Source of the DNA: Thermodesulfobacteriota bacterium
GTDB taxonomy: Bacteria; Desulfobacterota; Desulfobulbia; Desulfobulbales; SURF-16
Assembly: GCA_039715015.1 (NCBI GenBank)
Contig: JBDLIE010000017.1
Location: 1-51,018, forward strand
Reading direction: 5' to 3'
DNA length: 51,018 bases
Below, one piece after another: positions 9,965 through 19,491 of the stretch; within the stretch, counting starts at the first letter, position 1, and every line of letters starts with the position of its first letter. The position numbers and the translations under genes are program-made. The notes under the pieces were generated by a model. It was not told where the DNA came from, ran no database searches, and was given only the letters and a program-made list of their open reading frames with translations.

Positions 9965-10979
9965 AGAGCTCTGCTCTGAAAGCGGGTTTTTCGTTTGCCA
10001 GCTGGTGATTTGCCCCACCAATGAGTTTGGTATGGATCTCTGTAAATTTACCGTCCAGGAAGCTGAGGTTGTAACGCCAGTCAACAATGACATCCTCGGT
10101 GCCCTGGATGATGAGCAAAGGCTGACTGAGCACGTCGTAATCGTGGATACTCCTTTCCCATCTGTAGAGGGCGCGGAGAAAGCTCATGGGCACCACCATC
10201 CGCTGTTGCAGGGGGTCGTTTTTTACAAAGTTAAGGAACTCCGGGTCAGATGAGTTGCGCCGCTGTTTGCGGGGCAGCGTCTTGGTGAATGGCCTGGTCA
10301 GGAGGTAGATGAGCCTGGTTGACTGCCAGGGCCGGAAGTGAACCAGGGGCGCCAGGAAGATGACCTTGTTAAAGGGGGACTGGCTGGCACCATGCAGGTA
10401 CTCATAGGCCACGGCGCAGCCCAGGCTATGGGCGACCAGGTGAAAGGGCCTGGGCAGGTGCTCCCCGCAGAGGTCGGCAAAGGCGGTCAGCACCGCCGCA
10501 TAATCGGAGAAATCATTGATGGCAAAGCGCGGCCCGCTGGAGAGACCATGGCCGGGCAGATCAAAGAGGACAACGCCCAGGCCCTGCTCCAGGCAAAAAG
10601 CAACGAGCCTGCTGAGGATACCACTGTGATCATAGTAGCCGTGCAGGAGGAATATGGTGCCCTTGGCCTGGGGCGGCATAAAGATATGACCGGCAATGGT
10701 TCTGTCCTGGACGGCAAAGGTGCCGAAGAGATGCAGGCAGCCGGCAGGGTCAAGGCCATAAGAACTGAAGTAGTGGGCAATGGCGGCTGACGGTGTGTAG
10801 GAATCCGCCCCGGGGTTGAGGGGGATCATCTCCGCCCTTATCCGGTCAATATCAAGGCTGATCCCTTCCCTGTCGCCCGGCTCCGCTGATCTGGCCCCCT
10901 GGCATGAGCTGCTGGTGACGGCTATAAACAGGAGGCCGGCGCCCAGGAGGATGGTTTGCAGGGAGCCTTGTCTGTTCAT
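9933..10979 (-). CDS. Alpha/beta hydrolase, lysophospholipase-like, probable lipoprotein
   Basis: LHGYYDH, DLPGHGLS, AHSLG nucleophile elbow, QGTEDVIV, GANHQL; signal ending in SSSC. Confidence 0.88.
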   Translation of the reverse strand: MNRQGSLQTILLGAGLLFIAVTSSSCQGARSAEPGDREGISLDIDRIRAEMIPLNPGADSYTPSAAIAHYFSSYGLDPAGCLHLFGTFAVQDRTIAGHIFMPPQAKGTIFLLHGYYDHSGILSRLVAFCLEQGLGVVLFDLPGHGLSSGPRFAINDFSDYAAVLTAFADLCGEHLPRPFHLVAHSLGCAVAYEYLHGASQSPFNKVIFLAPLVHFRPWQSTRLIYLLTRPFTKTLPRKQRRNSSDPEFLNFVKNDPLQQRMVVPMSFLRALYRWERSIHDYDVLSQPLLIIQGTEDVIVDWRYNLSFLDGKFTEIHTKLIGGANHQLANEKPAFRAELFRHLKSSLDQ

Positions 10980-11226
10980 GGGGCGTGTCTCCGGGGCTTA
11001 AGATTGTCTGAGATGGCAGTGGCAGGGTGGCCTGTCATGGTGGGGCAAGACCCCACAAGCAGATTCTACCGCGAAAGGAGGCTGGCAGGCAAATGATTGT
11101 CACGAACTCTGACTGCCGGGGCCGGGCAGAGCTGGCCTGGCCCTGGTTGAATGCCGAGATCCGGGCCAGAATGGTATGTTGCCCACAGAGATAAAAACAC
11201 AATCACCACTGCGTGGAGTCCTGGCC

Positions 11227-12072
11227 ATGACAGCTCCCTTTCATATGCTCCTGCTGCTGGTGGCCATGGTCTATGGCGCCATGATGCTCTTTGTCTTCCT
11301 CTACCAGAACAACCTCCTCTTTCTGCCCAATATCGGCGGTCGCAAGGTGGAGGCCACCCCAGCGAATGTGGGCCTGGCCTATGAACCTGTGACCCTGACC
11401 AGCAGCGATAATGTTCAGCTCGATGGCTGGTTCCTGCCCGTGGACCAGGCCCGGGGGGCCATTCTTTTTTTTCATGGCAATGCCGGCAACATCTCCCACC
11501 GTCTTGATTCCCTGCTCATCTTTCACCGTCTCGGGTATAGCGTCCTGATCTTTGATTATCGGGGCTATGGCCGCAGCCAGGGGAGGCCGACAGAGGCCGG
11601 CACCTATCGCGATGCAGAGGCGGCCTGGCAATACCTGGTCCAGGAGCGCCAGATTGAACCCGGTCGCATTGTTTTCTTTGGCCGGTCCCTGGGGGCGGCC
11701 GTGGCTGCCAAACTGGCCACAGTCCACCCACCAGGAGCCCTGATCCTGGAGTCCTGTTTCACCTCGGTACCGGACATGGCAGCCCATCTCTATCCCCTGC
11801 TGCCGGCAAGACTTCTCAGCCGTCTGAGCTATAACGTTCTTGACTATCTGCAGCAGGTCTCCTCACCGCTCCTGGTGGTCCACAGTCCAGACGACGAGAT
11901 CATCCCCTTCAGCCATGGTGAAAGGATATTTGCCGCAGGCCGGCCGCCCAAGGTGTTTCTCAAGCTCAAGGGCGGTCACAACGAGGGTTTTTTTGCCACC
12001 GGCCCTGCCTATGCGCAGGGGTTTGCTGATTTTCTGGCAGAGCACCTGGAGAGCCAGGAGAGGCCCGACTAA
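11227..12072 (+). CDS. Membrane-anchored alpha/beta hydrolase (ABHD13/17-like)
   Basis: FHGNAGNIS, DYRGYGRS, GRSLG, HSPDDEIIP, GGHN; GGAG before ATG 11227 (ORF opens at 11176). Confidence 0.88.
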   Translation: MTAPFHMLLLLVAMVYGAMMLFVFLYQNNLLFLPNIGGRKVEATPANVGLAYEPVTLTSSDNVQLDGWFLPVDQARGAILFFHGNAGNISHRLDSLLIFHRLGYSVLIFDYRGYGRSQGRPTEAGTYRDAEAAWQYLVQERQIEPGRIVFFGRSLGAAVAAKLATVHPPGALILESCFTSVPDMAAHLYPLLPARLLSRLSYNVLDYLQQVSSPLLVVHSPDDEIIPFSHGERIFAAGRPPKVFLKLKGGHNEGFFATGPAYAQGFADFLAEHLESQERPD

Positions 12073-12082
12073 GAGGGCCAGA

Positions 12083-12118
12083 CCAGGGTGGCAGGTGCTT
12101 TGCTGCCCATCACCCTGG
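12083..12118. terminator. Hairpin between convergent genes, possible terminator
   Basis: CCAGGGTG-GCAG ... CTGC-ccat-CACCCTGG; no clear U tract. Confidence 0.4.
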
Positions 12119-12140
12119 CGCTGGCGGGTGATACCGCTCT

Positions 12141-12995
12141 TTATTTTTTCATAACCTTGTCGATGTTGGCCAAGGCCTCATCGTAGGTCATGATCTCACC
12201 GTGGTGCTTCTTTTGGAACTCCTCGGCATCCTGGCGCTTTTCAAAGGCGATGGTGGAGGGGGAGCAGCAGATCGCCATGTCGGTGGCCACCACATAGTAG
12301 GCCTTTTTGGCATTGATCATCCGGCCGCTTTTGAAGTCCGGGATGGCGGCGCGTTTGGCATTTTCCTGGTTCTTATTGATGGTGGCGAGCAGGCAATGGG
12401 CGCAGCAGGTGCGCATTCTCTTTTTGTCCTTGGTGATGAAGGTACTGGTGGTCTGCTCGTGGCCTTTGAGTTCGGTGGCACAGAGGGCGCATTGTGACAT
12501 GGCCTTCTTTTTTTCCTTAAGCTTGGCAAAGGCCTTGGCCACAGGTTTCAGCATCTTCTCTTTAGCCCAGTCGTGGGCCTTGATGAATTCCAGGGCCTCG
12601 TTGCGGTCAGAGAAGATCTTGTTGATGGGGCAGCCGCCGCCCACCAGGAGTATGGCGCTGGCAGGATTTACCTTGGTGACCTCACCGTCCTTGACCACGA
12701 TTTCTATTTTTTTGCCGCTTCTGTCACCATAGGCGGTAATGGTGCCGTTGCCCTGGCCGCTCTCAATGATGTCCATCAAGGCACACATGGGGCAGCATTG
12801 GTACCATGGAGACTCGGGCTCCACGGTCAGAGTCATAGCCGTCGCCGCTTTTTCCACGGCCATGCCGCAGCGATGGCAGTAATGGTAGTTTTCCGGGTCT
12901 TCCTGAAAGCCTTGGGCCTGGCTAGAGGTGCTGCCGAGACCGGCAGCCAAAAGGGCAAAAAGACCAATACTACAGAGAAATAAGAAGTTCTTCAT
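12141..12995 (-). CDS. Secreted two-domain NosL/MerB-fold metal-binding protein
   Basis: Sec signal (MKNFLFL...SQA), CxxCGM and CCxxC motifs in both halves, C-terminal NosL-type DFKSGRMINAKKAYYV...IAFEKRQDAEEFQKKHHG; AGGAG before ATG 12995. Confidence 0.8.
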   Translation of the reverse strand: MKNFLFLCSIGLFALLAAGLGSTSSQAQGFQEDPENYHYCHRCGMAVEKAATAMTLTVEPESPWYQCCPMCALMDIIESGQGNGTITAYGDRSGKKIEIVVKDGEVTKVNPASAILLVGGGCPINKIFSDRNEALEFIKAHDWAKEKMLKPVAKAFAKLKEKKKAMSQCALCATELKGHEQTTSTFITKDKKRMRTCCAHCLLATINKNQENAKRAAIPDFKSGRMINAKKAYYVVATDMAICCSPSTIAFEKRQDAEEFQKKHHGEIMTYDEALANIDKVMKK

Positions 12996-13051
12996 GATGG
13001 GACGCTCCTGGTGGAATGGCGGTTGATAAATTATGGGCAGTGAATGCCAAA

Positions 13052-13089
13052 TGTGACAGGTTGTCAAGGGGGTGCGACAAATTGCCGCG
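13052..13089. promoter_or_regulatory. Tandem imperfect palindromes TGYGACA-N2-TTGYC upstream of the NosL-like gene
   Basis: TGTGACAGGTTGTCA at 13052 and TGCGACAAATTGCCG at 13073, 21 bp apart; first overlaps a minus-strand TTGACA. Confidence 0.4.
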
Positions 13090-13508
13090 GCCCCGGCCTG
13101 GTTGGGAATAAGGGCGAGGAGGAAGGCTTTAAGGCGGTGGTTACAGGTCGAACCTTGGGCCTTTTATTAGCGCCCAGGTTTCATTGTTGGCAGTCGGAGG
13201 TAGGGGGAATTTCTTCGTCAGCCGGAAGGCTTATGCTACCATGGGGGCAGATGCCGACTACCTTAATAATGGCCTGAACATTTTCCTCCGCCACTCAGCA
13301 GGCGGCTGAGGCGCTGCGTCGTGGCGAGATGTTTAGGGCCCCCCACATATCTTCTCCTGAAAAAGATCTTTGTATGGGTGACTTGGATGGCTGCCATGCC
13401 TTTGAACACTGGAGATAGAGCCCTTTTTGTCCAGGTCTGCCTGATTGTAAACGGCGGGGTGCTGGCCCCTTGGCAACGCCCGGCCAGGGGGAGTGAGGGG
13501 TGGCGGCG

Positions 13509-14591
13509 ATGAGGTTCAGGTTCGCTCCCCAAGGGGGGCGGCAATGGCTGGCGGCCCTGGGTCGTCTTCTTGTTCTTATCGTGGTGCTTATGTCCAGTCT
13601 CCTTGCCCTTCTCCAGATGCCCGGTTCCTCCTTCTCCGGCCCCCTGCCCAGGCTCAGTACCGAGGAGGAGCGCTGCGCCGAGAGACTGGCTGGCCATGTC
13701 CGCACCCTGGCCCAGGAGATCGGACCCCGCAATATCTGGACCGCTGATACCATGGCTGAGACGGTGGACTATCTCAGGTCTGAGCTGAGCGCCATGGGCT
13801 ATGAGGTCCTGGAGCAGAGTTATCAGGCCGAAAACACCACCTCCCTTAACCTGGAGGTGGAGATCAGGGGACAGGGCCTGGCCTCGGAGATCGTGGTGGT
13901 GGGGGCCCATTACGACACGGTGTATAACTGTCCCGGCGCCAATGATAATGGCTCCGGCCTGGCCGTCCTCCTCGAACTGGCCCGCCACTTGGCGGCCAGC
14001 CGTCCTGAGCGCACCATTCGCCTGGTGGCCTTTGCCAACGAGGAGCCCCCCTTCTTTTTGAACAAATCCATGGGCAGCAGCCACTATGCCAAGCAGGCCC
14101 GGGCCCGGCAGGATGATATCAAGGCCATGCTGGCCCTGGAGACCATGGGCTTCTATAGTGATGAGCCTGGTAGCCAGAATTACCCCTTCCCGCTTGGTTT
14201 TTTTTATCCTGACCAGGCCAATTTCATCGCCTTTGCCGGCAATATCGGCTCCCGCCGCCTGGTCCGTCAGGCCATTGGCGCCTTTCGGCGTCATGGTCAT
14301 TTCCCCTCAGAGGGGCTGGCCGCCCCCTCTTTTGTTACCGGCATTGACTGGTCTGATCATTGGTCCTTCTGGCAGGAGGGCTACCAGGCCATTATGGTCA
14401 CTGATACCGCCTTCTATCGCTATGCTGCCTATCATACCTCTCAGGATACCCCGGAGAAGCTCGACTATGAGCGCCTGGCCCGGGTGGTAAGCGGTCTGCT
14501 GCCCACCATCCTGGAGCTGGCCGCTGCAAAGCCTGAACACGTTTTTGCACCCCAGGCAACGGGGCGAGGTGCAGATGAGAAAAACCTTTAG
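13509..14591 (+). CDS. M28-family metallopeptidase, membrane anchored
   Basis: VGAHYDT, GANDNGSG, FANEEPP, WSDHWSF, YHTSQDT. Confidence 0.92.
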   Translation: MRFRFAPQGGRQWLAALGRLLVLIVVLMSSLLALLQMPGSSFSGPLPRLSTEEERCAERLAGHVRTLAQEIGPRNIWTADTMAETVDYLRSELSAMGYEVLEQSYQAENTTSLNLEVEIRGQGLASEIVVVGAHYDTVYNCPGANDNGSGLAVLLELARHLAASRPERTIRLVAFANEEPPFFLNKSMGSSHYAKQARARQDDIKAMLALETMGFYSDEPGSQNYPFPLGFFYPDQANFIAFAGNIGSRRLVRQAIGAFRRHGHFPSEGLAAPSFVTGIDWSDHWSFWQEGYQAIMVTDTAFYRYAAYHTSQDTPEKLDYERLARVVSGLLPTILELAAAKPEHVFAPQATGRGADEKNL

Positions 14592-14645
14592 CCAGGGCCG
14601 CCGAGCTGAGGCCTGCTGGCCACCCCATACGCCAAGGAGGGAAAG

Positions 14646-15146
14646 ATGAAGGCCCTTATTGTCAGTGGTGAGCATTTTGAGGACGCGGAGCTGCTGGTCC
14701 CCGACCGTCGTCTCCGGCAGGAGGGCATAGCGGTCGATATCGCCTCAAGCCAGGCCGGGCCCATCCGCGGTAAGCATGGCTCCGAGGTGGAGGCCCGGGC
14801 CCTGACCGGCATAGATGCCGGGGAGTATGATCTGTTGATCCTGCCTGGCGGCAAGGCGCCTGCCGCCCTGCGCAGGGACGAGTCTCTCCTGGACCTCGTG
14901 CGCCATTTTATGAGTGCTGGCAAAACGGTGGCCGCCATCTGCCATGGTCCGCAGATCCTGGTGGCGGCTGGGGTGCTGGCCAAGAAAAGGGCCACCTGTT
15001 ACCGCACCGTGGCCAAGGAGCTCCAGGATGCAGGGGCCCACTATCTGGACCAGAGTGTGGTTGTCGATGGTAACCTGATTACCTCGAGGCTGCCAAAGGA
15101 CCTCCCTGACTTTATGGGGGAGATCATCAGAAGGTGCCGGGGATGA
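14646..15146 (+). CDS. PfpI/DJ-1 family protein (type 1 glutamine amidotransferase-like)
   Basis: FEDAEL, LPGG, AICHGPQIL, VVDGNLITSR; AAGGAGG RBS. Confidence 0.93.
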   Translation: MKALIVSGEHFEDAELLVPDRRLRQEGIAVDIASSQAGPIRGKHGSEVEARALTGIDAGEYDLLILPGGKAPAALRRDESLLDLVRHFMSAGKTVAAICHGPQILVAAGVLAKKRATCYRTVAKELQDAGAHYLDQSVVVDGNLITSRLPKDLPDFMGEIIRRCRG

Positions 15147-15529
15147 GTTTGCTTGACCACAAGAAGCTGGCCGTCATCCATATTGTCAAGCGTGAGCTCA
15201 ATATGTCCGATCAGAAGTACCGCGACCTGCTGGAGCAGGTGGCCGGGGTGCGTTCGGCCCGGGATCTCGACGAAAAAGGCTTTCGGGGTCTGATGCGCTC
15301 CTTTGCCAGGAGCAGCCATTATCAAGTAAACCGCTATGGCCTTACCCTCCGCCAGAAGCTCTATGTCGACCATCTCGTGGCAGATCTCAGCTGGAGCCAG
15401 GCCCATCTGGGCAATTTTCTCAAGAAGTATTATAAAAAGGGCAGAGTGGAGGTGTTGACCAAGAAAGAGGCCAGCAAGGTGATCATTGCCCTGAAGAGCA
15501 TCCTGGCCTCCCGTAAGCGCCGTCCATAG
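15143..15529 (+). CDS. GemA / Mu gp16-like (DUF1018) protein
   Basis: IHIVKRELNMSDQKYRDLL...GVRSARDLD and EASKVIIALK; ATGA overlap with the PfpI gene. Confidence 0.8.
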   Translation: MSLLDHKKLAVIHIVKRELNMSDQKYRDLLEQVAGVRSARDLDEKGFRGLMRSFARSSHYQVNRYGLTLRQKLYVDHLVADLSWSQAHLGNFLKKYYKKGRVEVLTKKEASKVIIALKSILASRKRRP

Positions 15530-15549
15530 GAAACTCTGCTTTCTGGTCC

Positions 15550-16002
15550 TTACTCCTTGTATCGCCTCTCTCTGGCCTGCTGGCCCAAGGTCACCTTGGA
15601 CAGGGTGGTCATCTCTTCGGCCAGGAGTTCTAGAAGGTCATCAACGGTTAGTATGCCGACAAGGCTCCCCTCATCATTAACCACCACCATACGCCGGATG
15701 CCCCTGCTCTCCATTCTCTGCAGGGTCTCCCAGATGCCGTCTGATTCTTGGCAGGTGACGAGCTCGTAGCTCATGGCATCACCCACTGTCACCGCGTCCA
15801 GGGCCACTTCCTGGGCCAGGAGTTCAATGACCAGGTCGCGGTCAGTAATGATGCCCAGCGGCATCTTGGCTGCTCCCTCCTTGCCCTGAACTATGACCAC
15901 GTCACCGACATGGTGCTTACGCATGAGTTTGGCCACGGCAACGATGTCACTCTCCGGGCTGGTAATGACCACCTGACGATTGCAAAATTCTCCTACTGAC
16001 AT
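15550..16002 (-). CDS. CBS-domain pair protein
   Basis: LMRKHHVGDVVIV, GIITDRDLV, GIRRMVVV...GILTVDDLL; AGGAG before ATG 16002. Confidence 0.92.
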   Translation of the reverse strand: MSVGEFCNRQVVITSPESDIVAVAKLMRKHHVGDVVIVQGKEGAAKMPLGIITDRDLVIELLAQEVALDAVTVGDAMSYELVTCQESDGIWETLQRMESRGIRRMVVVNDEGSLVGILTVDDLLELLAEEMTTLSKVTLGQQARERRYKE

Positions 16003-16568
16003 GATAGTCTCCTGGTTGTCCTGCTGATGAATGGATATGCCTCCATGGCCTTCACCTCTCCTCATTTCAGCACAGTGCTTTCCTGCCTGTCAAGGGGATG
16101 ATGGAATATCGGCACCCCTGTCTGGAGAGTGTGCGGCGCTATGTCTATCACCAGAATATAAAGCCAGAAATTTTCTTCGTAACCACAGGGTGTTGTGCTA
16201 GCAGTGTAGAGAAAGTGGCGCTCTCTTCTCATACTCTGTCAGGGGTTTAGGCCGAAGGTGCCTGGGCTGGGGCTGATAACATTTTACAGGAAACTGAGAG
16301 GAGAAAGAAAATTTCTGGCCTCCCTGCCGGAGATGTTCCCTGGATTTTTTATGATTGGGGCAATACGGTTTGCAAATTATGGAAAGAGGGAAGGGGGCGT
16401 CTGAGGTGTGACGAAACAGGGATAGCGTCCAGCCTAGCCAGTAAATATCCTCAAGAGATGATGGATCAAGGCAGACAGTTGGAGAAAAGAATGATGATAT
16501 GGGTGGTGATGGGCTTTTGTTACCTGTTCCTTCTGTTTTATTGTCCTGTTTTTGGCAGCCAAGGGGCG

Positions 16569-16611
16569 AGGGTAGCGCTTCTGAAACGGTATTTTCAGGA
16601 AGGGCTACCCT
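16569..16611. terminator. Long hairpin immediately after lon stop codon
   Basis: AGGGTAGCgCTTCTGAAA ... TTTCAGGAAGgGCTACCCT. Confidence 0.55.
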
Positions 16612-16615
16612 TCTT

Positions 16616-18991
16616 TCACTTGCACTTTTTCCTAATGGCTACTTTTAAGGCCTCTTCGATTTTTTTCACATAGTGGAAGGTGACACCTTCTTTGACATTT
16701 TCTCTGACCTCGGAAACATCCTTCTGGTTTAGGTGGGGCAGGATAATTTCCGTGATGCCGGAACGCACCGCTGCCAGGACCTTTTCCTTAACGCCACCCA
16801 CCGGTAACACATCGCCGCGCAGGGTTATCTCGCCTGTCATGGCCACATCTTTGCAGACTGGCAGGTCTGTAAAAAGGGAGGTGAGAGCAACCACCATGGC
16901 CACGCCGGCTGACGGCCCATCCTTCGGAGTTGCCCCCTCAGGAACATGGATATGGATGTCTTTTCCCGAGAAAATTTCTTCGTCTACCTGTAATTCCTCC
17001 GCATGGGCCCTGATATAGGTCAGGGCGGCAGCAGTGGATTCCTTCATGACATCGCCAAGCTTACCGGTCATCTTCAAGCCACCGTTCCCCTTCATCATGG
17101 CGGCCTCAATAAAGAGCAGCGCACCGCCAACCGGTGTCCAGGCAAGCCCGGTGGCAAGTCCGGGCCCCCACGAGTAGGTCGAGGTCTCGGGGAAGAACTC
17201 GATCTGGCCGAGATAATCTACCAGTTGCTTAGGGCCGACAACGACCTTTTCCTTATGGCCGGTGACGATATTTTTCGCTACACCACGACAAATGGCCGCC
17301 AGTTTTCGCTCCATATTTCGGACGCCCGCCTCTCTGGTATAGGAGCGGATAACCCCCCGGATAGCATCGTCGGTAACCTCCAGATTTTTGGAACTAAGTC
17401 CGTGGGCTGCAAGCTGGCGATTGAAGAGATGATTTTTAGCGATATTAACTTTCTCTTCCTCGGTATAGCCGGTGAGGGTGATCACCTCCATCCTGTCGCG
17501 TAAGGGGCCTGGGATGTTTTCCAGATAGTTGGCCGTGGTAATGAACATCACTTTGGAAAGGTCGAAATTGACCTCAAGATAATGGTCGCTGAAGGTGGAG
17601 TTCTGTTCAGGGTCAAGAACCTCCAAAAGGGCAGAGGAGGGGTCGCCACGGAAATCGTTGCCCAGCTTGTCGATCTCGTCAAGCATGAACAATGGGTTGT
17701 TGGACCCCGCTCTTTTAAGACTTTGGATAATCCGACCGGGCAAGGCGCCGATATAAGTACGCCGGTGTCCTCTGATTTCAGCCTCGTCACGAACCCCGCC
17801 CAGAGATAGTCTGACGAATTTGCGGCCCATGGTCTGGGCAATTGATTGGCCCAAAGATGTTTTGCCAACACCTGGCGGACCGGCAAAACAGAGAATGGGA
17901 CCGTGCATGTCGGCCTTTAGTTTGCGAACGGCCAAAAATTCAATGATTCTTTTTTTGATCCGTTCCAGCCCATAATGATCTTTGTTGAGATCCTCTTCCG
18001 CCTTGGAGATATCCAGGCTGTCCTTGGTGGATTTTTTCCAGGGCAGGTCAAGTATCCAGTCTATGTAGGTTCGGGACACCGTGTATTCAGAAGACGAGGG
18101 CGAGATTCGTGACAGACGGCTCAGTTCTTTTTCGCCAACCTTCCGGACCTCTTTGGAGAGTTTTGCTTTGGCCAGACGCTCTTTGAGTTCCACAAGGTCA
18201 AGGTTTTCATTGTCTTCCCCCAGCTCTTTCTTGATTGCGGCCAACTGCTGGCGCAGAAAAAATTCCCGCTGTTTGGAGTCAATATCATCCTTAACGTTTT
18301 TCTGGATAGCCGCACTCATCTCAATGGTCTCCAGGCGTTTCGCGAGTTCAGAGGTGACCTGGTGGAGAAGGGGTTTGGCCTTGGCCACCTCCAGGATACC
18401 TTGTTCCCCTTCAGCAGGGAGGTGGAGTTGTGAGGTGGTCAGGTAGGCTATATGGAAGGGATCCGTAAGAGAATCCATGGTCATGATCAGTTCCGGAGGA
18501 AGTTTTGATATTTCCACCAACTGCTTAAACTGCTCACTGATATTGAGGCTCAGAGCCTCAATTTCCTGATCAGCTTTAAATTTCATCGGAATCTCCTTCA
18601 CCTTGGCCACCAAATAAGGGGCGGTTTGACTGTAGTCGGTGAGAGAGATTTTTTTTATGCCGCTGACGAGGATTTGATAGGAGCCGTCATCATTCTTGAT
18701 GAGCTTATGGATGTAGCCGGCAACACCAACATTGTAAAGGTCCTCCGGGGCGACGCTGGGTTTTGCCTCCAGCCCTTCACGATGGGTGACAATGGCAAAA
18801 AGCCTGTCTTTAACAAGGGTGTCGTCAATAAGTTGTTTTGAGGAATCATCTTTAACCTGCAGGGGGAATCCCATGCCGGGAAAGAAAACAAAACCATGGA
18901 GAGGCAAAACCGGCAGGGAGGCCGGAATTTTCAGCTTGGTGGGGTCCACGTTTTTGTTGTTGTCGTTTTCTGGAAGTTTTTTTTCTGGCAT
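16616..18991 (-). CDS. lon: ATP-dependent Lon protease (endopeptidase La)
   Basis: LON N domain, GPPGVGKT Walker A, RGHRRTYIGALPG, PKDGPSAG catalytic Ser, VGGVKEK. Confidence 0.97.
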   Translation of the reverse strand: MPEKKLPENDNNKNVDPTKLKIPASLPVLPLHGFVFFPGMGFPLQVKDDSSKQLIDDTLVKDRLFAIVTHREGLEAKPSVAPEDLYNVGVAGYIHKLIKNDDGSYQILVSGIKKISLTDYSQTAPYLVAKVKEIPMKFKADQEIEALSLNISEQFKQLVEISKLPPELIMTMDSLTDPFHIAYLTTSQLHLPAEGEQGILEVAKAKPLLHQVTSELAKRLETIEMSAAIQKNVKDDIDSKQREFFLRQQLAAIKKELGEDNENLDLVELKERLAKAKLSKEVRKVGEKELSRLSRISPSSSEYTVSRTYIDWILDLPWKKSTKDSLDISKAEEDLNKDHYGLERIKKRIIEFLAVRKLKADMHGPILCFAGPPGVGKTSLGQSIAQTMGRKFVRLSLGGVRDEAEIRGHRRTYIGALPGRIIQSLKRAGSNNPLFMLDEIDKLGNDFRGDPSSALLEVLDPEQNSTFSDHYLEVNFDLSKVMFITTANYLENIPGPLRDRMEVITLTGYTEEEKVNIAKNHLFNRQLAAHGLSSKNLEVTDDAIRGVIRSYTREAGVRNMERKLAAICRGVAKNIVTGHKEKVVVGPKQLVDYLGQIEFFPETSTYSWGPGLATGLAWTPVGGALLFIEAAMMKGNGGLKMTGKLGDVMKESTAAALTYIRAHAEELQVDEEIFSGKDIHIHVPEGATPKDGPSAGVAMVVALTSLFTDLPVCKDVAMTGEITLRGDVLPVGGVKEKVLAAVRSGITEIILPHLNQKDVSEVRENVKEGVTFHYVKKIEEALKVAIRKKCK

Positions 18992-19053
18992 TCTTCGAAT
19001 CCTAAAGGGTTATGCGGAAATGTCTGAGCTGGCGCATGGAGTTCAGAGGAGCT

Positions 19054-19491
19054 TTACTCAACCTCAATCTTTATACGACTCTGAGTTTTAAGTTTAGGCA
19101 GGGTGACAATGAGGTAACCATTTTGGCATTTGGACGTGGTGGCCGAGATATTAACAGGGGTTGGTATTTTAATGGTCCGGGTGAAATCGCCATGTTCGAT
19201 TTCCAGGTTATGAATACAGGTGGTGTCTTTAAAGGACGGGGCCGGACGTTCACCGGAAACGGTAACGGTGTCATGCTCTGCAATCACGGAAATGTTGTCC
19301 GGGTCAACGCCCGGTAACTCCATGTAGATTATAATTTCCTGGCTGGTTTCAAACATATCCACCGGCGGTGCCTTCATGACGGCATGATAAGGCAGCATGC
19401 GAGGGATTGACATGTGGCTTAAAACACGGCCAAGATGGCGTTCTAGGTCGCTGAAGGTGTAAGGTTTGTTCTTCTTGAATCGGTCCATCAC
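19054..19491 (-). CDS. Hsp20 / alpha-crystallin small heat-shock protein
   Basis: PPVDMFET, ELPGV, VSGER, EIEHGDFTRTI, NGYLIVTLPK. Confidence 0.92.
   Translation of the reverse strand: MMDRFKKNKPYTFSDLERHLGRVLSHMSIPRMLPYHAVMKAPPVDMFETSQEIIIYMELPGVDPDNISVIAEHDTVTVSGERPAPSFKDTTCIHNLEIEHGDFTRTIKIPTPVNISATTSKCQNGYLIVTLPKLKTQSRIKIEVE

Noticed and set aside
12141..12995. Nitrous-oxide reductase (nos) or mer operon
   Set aside because: No nosZ/D/F/Y or merA/R/T/P genes in the window
15143..15529. Mu-like prophage
   Set aside because: Only a GemA-like gene; no transposase, regulators or virion genes
16098..16560. Small ORFs or ncRNA in the gap between the CBS gene and lon
   Set aside because: A 50-codon and a 71-codon ORF exist but show no recognisable motif; no RNA family recognised
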